Below, piece by piece: positions 55,573 to 64,000 of a stretch of 64,000 bases of DNA. Each line of letters opens with the position of its first letter. The first letter of the stretch is position 1. Origin of the DNA: Octopus vulgaris (lineage: Eukaryota); assembly GCA_951406725.2 (NCBI GenBank), contig OX597834.1:45508001-45572000 (forward strand), in the 5' to 3' direction. The position numbers and the translations under genes were made by a program. A model generated the notes under the pieces. The model had not been told where the DNA came from. It worked only from the letters and a program-made list of their open reading frames with translations, and did no database searches.

Positions 55573-56617
55573 TATAAAGAAGGAATAAATATAGTAACAG
55601 ATGTTGAAATACATGAGAACAAATATTTAATATCTGGCCCTGGTATTCATGTATGTTTTTTTGTAACCCGTATGTAGAAAGGAAAATTTACACGCAGTAT
55701 TTCAATGAACAACTACGGAAATGGAATTAAGTGACGGGCAATTCTTATTTGTAACAGTATATTAACAACATGGTACGTGCTTCAGTTTTATTTCAGATCA
55801 TCAACAGAACATAATCCGACAGATACGACACGTCTTGCGAACCACAGAGACATTTCCGTGAACATGCTCAACACTCAAACCTGCAGTTTAATACATATTT
55901 AATATACATTTATATTATGTGTTTATTTATTTACCACTAAGTTCTTTAACATTTTACATTACTTTGCTAATTATTTTTTTCATGTTTTTATCAGAGTTAT
56001 TTATGGTTTATTTACCTGTTTCCGTTTACTTGCTTATTTATTTAAAATTTGAACTGCATTAATTGCATTCAAATTTTATAAGCTTGCTTTTCTCTGTAAG
56101 AAATTTGCATTTGTAATCTTATCTTATTTTCAGTGCTGATTGCTTTCATTTCGCGTTGATTATTCTTATATTTTTTGTTCTGTTTTGTTTCGGTTCGTTT
56201 TGTTTTCACTCTCTTATTTTTTCCACTACCTAACGCGGCTCCCTGCATTAACACCAACGATGTCAACTTCGCTCATTAGCATTAAAACCTCGTTAGCACA
56301 GAATAAACTATTCTCGTTCGTGTTTCTTCGGTTTATACGTATATTTGTGAGTGTGTATGTATCTAAGTGTGTATAATTTGTACATATCTAAGTGTGGAGG
56401 CCTATATATACGTGTGTGTGTAGTTGTTTTGGATACTGAGTTAATATATTTTATTCCTGACATTCAGCGTTGACATTACAGTGGTAATTTCGATATGTTT
56501 ATTCCGCTATGATGATAAGATTAATCTCAGCGAAGGACATACCAAAAACGATACATCACTGTATATATGCAAATATATATATATAAATATATATATATAT
56601 GTATATTTATATGTAAG

Positions 56618-56676
<59 letters not shown>

Positions 56677-56764
56677 AATATATATGTATATATATATGTA
56701 TGTATATGTATATATATGTATGTATATATATATATACATACAAGCGTAAGTATGTATACCTACT

Positions 56765-56815
<51 letters not shown>

Positions 56816-57082
56816 GCAAACACACACATGTACATAATGCGTATATTTAGGAATTCGTGTATCCACATATGACATAGGATACTTAGGAAAACGACGTATT
56901 GAATGTACATGTGGGTTTGTTGATATACATACATACATACACATATATTAATATATATATATATATGTGAGTATATTTGCGTATGGATCTTAATGAATGC
57001 CGTATGGGATGGTAACTATCAAACATACACATACTCACATATAAGTATACATACATGATAACACACACGCACACACACACAC

Positions 57083-57150
<68 letters not shown>

Positions 57151-57529
57151 ATGTATGCTTGTATGTATGTATTCAAGGCCAAATCTGTAATGATTAAAAT
57201 TTGTCATGTAAATATATCTTTAACATTTCTGGTTTTCTTCCAAACTAATTCTATTTATTTGTGTGGGTTGTGAGTACAAACACTGCAACTTAATATATTT
57301 ACATAGATGTTGCTGTTATTTCTCTAAATGTCGCCGTTTCACTCCCTCAGGAAGCTATGATTCAACAATATCCAGTGATGATGTCAGATCGAAAACCGCT
57401 ACATCCGAGAAACTTCTCATTATTCAATTAAATTAAACCCTATTTACTTGAGAAGTAACAACAGTTTCAGTGTAATAGATATTATTAAATACGTATACTA
57501 ATGTATGTGATTTATTTATTTTCTTGAGA

Positions 57530-57623
57530 CTGCAATGGCGTGGCGGAGGACGCAAACTCTCATGTCGCCAGCGTTTTGACAACGGTGACATGAGAGTTTA
57601 TACACTCCGCCACGCCATTGCAG
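57530..57623. other. Isolated GC-rich 94-nt hairpin
   Basis: 19-bp perfect stem, 5x5 internal loop, 16-bp stem (one G-U on the + strand), 14-nt loop. Confidence 0.9.
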
Positions 57624-57664
57624 CACCGGAACATACACAAAGCATATGCTTTAATATATATATA

Positions 57665-57898
57665 TTTATTTCTTTATTGCCCACAAGGGGCTAAACATTA
57701 GAGGGGACAAACAAGGACAGACAAAAGGATTAAGTAGATTACATCGACCCCAGTGCAAAGCTGGTACTTTATTTATCGACCCCGAAAGGATGAAAGCCAA
57801 AGTCGACCTCGGTGGAATTTGAAATCAGAAAGTAACGACAGACGAAATACCGCTAAGCATTTCGCCCGGCGCGCTAACGTTTCTGCCAGCTCGCCGCG
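57665..57898 (-). mobile_element. SINE family A, full length
   Basis: Minus-strand head GCGGCGAGCTGGCAGAAACGTTAGCGCGCCGGGCGAAATGCTTAGCGG; tail GTTTAGCCCCTTGTGGGCAATAAAGAAATAA. Confidence 0.88.
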
Positions 57899-58223
57899 TT
57901 TACTTTAGTATATATATTATATGCATTTAATAATATTCAAACTACTTCTTTTTCTGACCTTCACGCTCATACTTTTCAGACTGAAAGCTGCCATCTCAGA
58001 AAACTTTAGCTTCGCTTTGTTACATTTGAATCACCGTAAGGAGTCTTACATTTTCTTTAGATGCTTTTCGTTAACACCACGATGTGAAGTGATCCAATCA
58101 TGTCCGTCCAATCGTATTCTCCTCCATATTATATCTACATTCACGAAATCTGTTATTGTTTCACTATTATTGTTTTAAACTTCATTAAAATACGAACTGA
58201 CGGAGTCCACCTCCTCCTCCATC

Positions 58224-58254
<31 letters not shown>

Positions 58255-58257
58255 CTT

Positions 58258-58288
<31 letters not shown>

Positions 58289-58746
58289 TACTGCGTCTTC
58301 GACTTCTTCCATTGATTCTTCTGCCTCTCTGCCAGCTTCGCTGTTTTTCTCCCTGAAATAAAATCGTCTGTTTTTAAACAAATTGAGATTTATACCACCA
58401 TGTTAACCAGCATAGAAACTCTATAACCACGCATTCTGTCCATGTGAAGGGGATATGCTTGTATATGCATATATTTGTATATGTAAATGTATGCTCATAT
58501 ATACAAGTATATGTATGTGTATGTGTGTGTATGTGTGTGTTTGTATGCATGTGTTTAGACTTACAGAGGAGAGTTCCAACGAAGTATTCTGAATTAGAAA
58601 TGATGACCGATATTATTCTGTTCCTTTCCTTACTCAGTCGTCTGCGTTTTACACAATGTAACTTTACTCAAATAGCTTTAATTATAACCGCATCGAACGA
58701 GATTTCGCCAGTGACAGCTCAAATTTCAAGTGTGTCTTTCATAAAA

Positions 58747-58794
<48 letters not shown>

Positions 58795-58982
58795 ATATAT
58801 GTGTGTGTGTGTGTGTGCATGAATGTATGCGTGTGTATGTATACAGGATTGTATATTAAACATGTAGGCTAGATAATACCAAGTGAAGTGAATTTAATTT
58901 GATCATACATTTCAGCAGATAACTAGTAAATAGAATGACTGGGCATAATGATAATAATAATGATAACAACAACAACAAAAAC

Positions 58983-59038
<56 letters not shown>

Positions 59039-59354
59039 TTATATAAGAAAGCTTAGGCTAAAAATAGTCTCTACAAGAAAAGAATACTAACCTATACGTA
59101 AACCAAGACCTATGTATGTATGTGTGTTTTGTGTGTACGCGTGAGTATATATATACTTCCATATAAATATATAAATATATATATGTATTTATATTTATAT
59201 ATATATATATATATACAGACACATATATATATATATATATATGCATATATATAAACATGTGTATGTGTGTGTGCATATATACATATTTATATGTATATAT
59301 GTATGTATAGAAATAAATATATGAATGCGTATGTATGAATATGTATGTATATAA

Positions 59355-59424
<70 letters not shown>

Positions 59425-59643
59425 TCCCACAAATAGATAGGTAGATACATAGATATAATTCTTTGTATTTCGCTTTCGCAAAGGCTTCGGGATAACTTTA
59501 ATAATTAAATGCAGGACTGGTTTCTACACACAATGGAACCCAATATCGGCAAGATATGAATAGGAATAGCTAACGAATATAACTTCAACAATAAGAGCAG
59601 TAATACAAGTAGTAGCAGTGGCAGCAGCAGCAGAAGCAATAAC

Positions 59644-59720
<77 letters not shown>

Positions 59721-59766
59721 CGGTGGTGGTGGTGGTGGTGATAGTAGTATTTTAAGTATGTTATTA

Positions 59767-59833
59767 GGGCGTAGTATTTAAGGGTGTGGGCTACTGCCCC
59801 AAGATTCCGAGTTCGATTGCGAGCAGTAACCTG
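59767..59833 (+). mobile_element. tRNA-like head of the hammerhead-bearing element
   Basis: GGGCGTAGTATTTAAGGGTGTGGGCTACTGCCCCAAGATTCCGAGTTCGATTGC: A-box-like and B-box (GAGTTCGATT) segments; matches the inverted head at 10355-10396. Confidence 0.75.
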
Positions 59834-59876
59834 AACAACAACAACAACAACAATAATAATAATAATAATAATAGTG

Positions 59877-59967
<91 letters not shown>

Positions 59968-59990
59968 TAATAATAATAATAATAATAATA

Positions 59991-60829
59991 CTGCACTAAA
60001 CTAAACGCAAAAGAAATAGACAAAGAAAAATCCCAGCAATGGTTGAGAAGCTCAGGACTCAAAGCAGAAACAGAGGGATTTTTAATTGCAGCACAAGACC
60101 AAAGCCTCCCCACCAGAAATTACCAAAAACATGTAATGAAAAGAAATATTACAAGTAACTGCAGAATATGTGGAGATGGACAAGAAACAATAAATCATAT
60201 TATCTCTAGCTGCCCAGTCCTGGCTAAGAAGGAATATATTCACAGACATGACAGAGTTGGAACTTACATACATTGGAAGCTATGCCAACATTATGGAATA
60301 ACAACAGAAAAAAGATGGTATAGGCACACACCAGAAAAGGTCACAGAAAACGAGAAAGCAACCATACTCTGGGATATGCCGATACACACAGCTAGAGAAA
60401 TTAAGGCCAACAGACCAGATATAGTTGTCAGAGATCATGAAGAAAAAAAATGCTTTCTAATTGATGTATCAATACCGGCAGATGACAACGTGTCTCTAAA
60501 AGAAATGGAGAAACTCTCAAAATACAAAGACCTGGAAATAGAGGTAACTAGAATGTGGAACCTGAAAACAGAAACAATTCCTATCATAGTAGGTGCATTA
60601 GGCATGATAAAAAAATATTCAGACAAATACATAACAAAAACACCAGGACTTACAAACACATATAACATACAGAAAATTGCACTACTAGGCACTGCACACA
60701 TCCTACGCAGAACACTTTCCATACAATAACCATCAGAGCATCACAACAAATCACAGCACATACCCAAGGCACACAGAGCTGCGCTCGGTAGTGAAGTGAA
60801 AGTACGCTATAAAAATAAAAATAAAACTA

Positions 60830-60832
<3 letters not shown>
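59991..60832 (+). mobile_element. 5'-truncated R4/Dong-clade non-LTR retrotransposon (CCHC knuckle plus restriction-like endonuclease) in (TAA)n
   Basis: Stop-free frame 59989-60729 with CRIC...H...C, RHD, RPDIVV...IDVS...EKLSKYKDL and PIIVGALG; ~100-bp 3' UTR; (TAA)n on both sides. Confidence 0.93.
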
Positions 60833-60924
<92 letters not shown>

Positions 60925-60926
<2 letters not shown>

Positions 60927-61476
60927 GCCCTGATGCAGTACCAGGCAGTGGCTCTCATGGCTTCTGATCTTAACTGATTGGAAGTGTTATCATGTACATT
61001 GTTTTGTCTTGGTATAAAAGATGGGCTACAGCAAATATTCTGCTCAATACCACAGATTTGCTTGTCGGTTGTTTGACATCAACCAGTTGAGCATGTCCCT
61101 TAGTGGCTGACGATATGTGCATCTCTGATCACGAGCAGAAGTAACGAGGGAGCATCACAGCCATGTGTTGATGTGGGTTCTTTGGGGTTTGAATAATTCT
61201 TGAAACATGAGTGTTTCATTCAACATCCTTAAAAAACCCCTAATCAGGGACCTTTTGAATGGGATGTGTTACCCAACCAGAAGAAAATTCTAACTGGGCC
61301 CCACCTGCAAGGTCATGCGCTGTTTATCTTGTTATGAGATCACCATGTAGCGCACTTATTGTTGTGATGCATATGCCTGGTGTACCCTTATCAGACGGGT
61401 AGTCATGATGGGTATACTGGGCTTCGTATATTTGTACCCCAGTGTCACTTTGATGGCATGCACTGCTCTCTCACTG
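60925..61476 (+). mobile_element. Unclassified ~550-bp non-coding element flanked by (TAA)n
   Basis: Second copy at 28322-28868 (minus); no ORF and no TIR. Confidence 0.85.
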
Positions 61477-61524
61477 AATAATAATAATAATAGGAATGAG
61501 AACCCAGGTTCGAAATTTCCCCAA

Positions 61525-61570
61525 GACACCTGAAGAAGGCTGGAGGGTATATCAGCCGAAACGTTGTGTT
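61525..61570 (+). ncRNA. Minimal type-I hammerhead ribozyme, intact consensus
   Basis: GACAC CTGAAGA A GGCTG-(10 nt)-CAGCC GAAA C GTT GTGTT: full core, stem I GACAC/GTGTT, stem II of 5 bp, palindromic ACGT stem III; predicted cleavage after GUU at 61565. Confidence 0.8.
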
Positions 61571-62469
61571 AACCACAAATATGATGAGGACAAATATCCG
61601 TCGAATATAAATAATGTAAATAATGTAAATAAAGTACGAATATTTCCTAGATGTTAAGGCATAATTTCAGGGAGATTTCGCTGTTACAAATGGCCATCTA
61701 GATGCCGCTTCTTCGTCGATCGTTTTACTTTAAACATATACACTTTCTTTACATTATTTACTCATTACTTTTAATCTCTTATACAAGAGATTACGGAAGA
61801 ATGACATTAATTAAATCCTTATGTGATTATAGTCATTTACATTAATCTCTAAATTGATTCTGAGTTTCAGACAAACTATAGTATCAAGGACCCACGAGCA
61901 AATAAAAAAAAACGCAGCAATTGCAATTCTGTTACACTCACGGAATAAACGATGCTTTGTGGATATTTTGTGAATGGAATTTCGTAACGACGGAAATGGT
62001 GTGGTAGCCACTTCAACATATTATAGACCTGTCGATTGTAAATGAGGATTAATTGGCATCAGGAATTACTATTATTACTAATTCGCTAATATCTTAATAG
62101 TACATGCAGACACCGAATATTCCATATTGATCATAAGTAATATATTTGATGCAGTATTACTTGAGTGCAGTTTTAGGCATTTAGACTTGGAGCGCAGGAA
62201 AATCGTAACATATTACATCCGATATTCTAAAGGTGTTGCCAATAGCACGCATATGTATGTACATATTACATATGTATGCATGTGGGCGCGTGTCTTTGTG
62301 TGTATGCATGTATGAGTACGTATGTATGTTGCGGTTCGGCAAAGAGATTGATAGAATAAGCACAAAGCTTTAAAAACTAAATAGACATGGGGTCGAGTCA
62401 TTCGACTAAACCTTTCTCAAGGCGGTGCTCCATCGTTGCTGCATCTAATGACTGAACAAGAAAATATTG

Positions 62470-62528
<59 letters not shown>

Positions 62529-62529
62529 T

Positions 62530-62748
62530 ATATAACCGGAAGCTTTATGAAAATAAACAAAAGACGAAGGCAGGTGGAATACAAACAAACAATTGTATTA
62601 GTATGGCGCTCAGGAATATAAATAAAACAAGTCTTTTACGTTTCGAGCCTACGCTCTTCAACAGAAAGATACACAGAAAAGAAACACGGAGAGAAACAAG
62701 GAGATAAAAAAATGCGTGCAGAGGCTAGCGAATCAACATGGCGATCTC
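62530..62748 (-). mobile_element. Short Penelope-type element with hammerhead-like motif, in (TA)n
   Basis: Minus strand 62669-62632: TCTTT CTGTTGA A GAGC-GTAG-GCTC GAAA CGTA AAAGA. Confidence 0.8.
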
Positions 62749-62782
62749 ATATATATATATATATATATATGTATATGTATGT

Positions 62783-62816
<34 letters not shown>

Positions 62817-62835
62817 GTATATATATGTATATATG

Positions 62836-62876
<41 letters not shown>

Positions 62877-62919
62877 ATAGGCTGTGATGGATTGCCTGTG
62901 AGAAAAACAGCAAGATAAT

Positions 62920-63667
62920 GCAATTCACTCTGGCAGAAATTTGAAAACGACACACTGTACTGCTTGGCAATCTCGACGGAGGCTCCTATACGAACATTTC
63001 AGAGTGTGTGGGTGTGAATCTGAGGAGAATGCAATCTGAGGACATGTACAGAGTGCGATAAAAATCAAACTTCCCGTCAACATAATGCTGCCTGCTTGAT
63101 CACTACTAATGGCAAACTTCTGCCTCCATTCATCTTCCCACACGGCCTCAGTTTCAACAGAGAGACCTATGTCAATTGCCTGGAGAAGTTAATGCTGCCT
63201 TGGGTCAAGTTAATGCTGCCTTGGGTCTGCTGGATAATACTATGTCTGGTAGCAGGACTCTGCACCATGACACACAAGTAGTGGAGCCTAATTAAAGCCC
63301 TCAGCTAATATCTGCGACCACATCACACCTGACTCCCCAGACCTCAATCCCCGTGATATTATGGGTGGGTTGCAGTTGAGAGAGAGAACAACAAAACTTC
63401 TTTAAACACCAAAGATTAACTGAAAGCAAGGATTATGGCAGCATTCATCAGCTTAAACAAGGAGACCATCCAGAAGAGATGCAAGAGATTCCGAAGTCCT
63501 CTGGAAGCCGTGGTCGAAGCCAATGGTGATTTCATTGAAGAAATATACTCTTTAGTATTTCAAGATATATTTATGTAATTTTGATAAACATATCTCTTAA
63601 AATGAGATGTCAATGTCGTTTTCACTTTTGCGTAATTTAGACGACATTTTATTCTCTGAACCCTGTG
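62920..63667 (+). pseudogene. Tc1/mariner-superfamily (maT-like) transposase remnant with right end
   Basis: ITTNGKLLPPFIFPHGLSFNRETYVNCLEKLMLPWV...QDSAP*HTS...PDSPDLNPRD...KRCKRFRSPLEAVVEANGDFIE; ends CCCTG; 21-bp internal tandem duplication at ~63186-63227. Confidence 0.8.
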
Positions 63668-63769
63668 TATATATATGTGTGAGCATGTATTTGTGTGTCT
63701 GTGTGTCTGTGTGTGTGTTTGTGTATGCGTGTGTGTACGTATGCGTGTGTATGTATGCACTTTATAGTG

Positions 63770-63974
63770 TACGACGGCGAGGGTTCCAGTTGATCCGATC
63801 AACGGAATTGCGTGCACATATAATTATGTGCAAGTGGCTGAGCACTTCACAGACACGCCTACTCTTAACCAAGTCCACTGGGAAGTTCAGTATGACATAA
63901 TAAATCTTGCCTTTGAAAGACAGATAATACTCATTTTCGCCAGCTGAGTGGACTGGAGCAACATGAAATAAAGT
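63770..63974 (-). mobile_element. SINE family C, partial
   Basis: GCCAGCTGAGTGGACTGGAGCAACATGAAATAAAGT core. Confidence 0.7.
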
Positions 63975-64000
63975 ATATATCTATATATATATATACGTCT

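Noticed and set aside
61100-61165. CTGACGA...GAA(G/A) inside the 550-bp element as a hammerhead
   Set aside because: Stem II does not close next to the core, GAAA is present in only one of two copies, and stem III is not formed.

Overview
AT-rich, repeat-saturated animal DNA with no supportable host gene; it is intergenic or lies inside a very long intron. The microsatellite profile ((TA)n, (CA)n, (TAA)n, (GATA)n, (CATA)n) and three abundant tRNA-headed SINE families suggest an octopod cephalopod, but that is an inference. Nearly all ORFs in the track are microsatellite translations. The real coding remnants are all transposon-derived: CR1/L2-group LINEs (one nearly intact 3' half at 4034-5761), R4/Dong restriction-like-endonuclease LINEs (one young, stop-free fragment inside a (TAA)n array), Tx1/L1 and RTE fragments, a Penelope GIY-YIG tail, a Ty3/Gypsy LTR+PBS+gag, and mariner (D34D) and maT-like transposases, plus several MITEs. 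The most interesting signals are: (1) about ten minimal type-I hammerhead-ribozyme motifs in short non-coding elements, including a tRNA-headed element with an internal (AAT)n array and a 3' hammerhead that has itself received a Dong LINE and an unknown ~550-bp (TAA)n-flanked element; (2) a ~460-bp fold-back carrying a hammerhead on each strand; (3) two A/T-shifted, strand-skewed domains that appear to contain C>T/G>A 'ghosts' of known repeats; (4) an isolated GC-rich 94-nt hairpin. All alignments and folds were done by eye and repeat boundaries are approximate.
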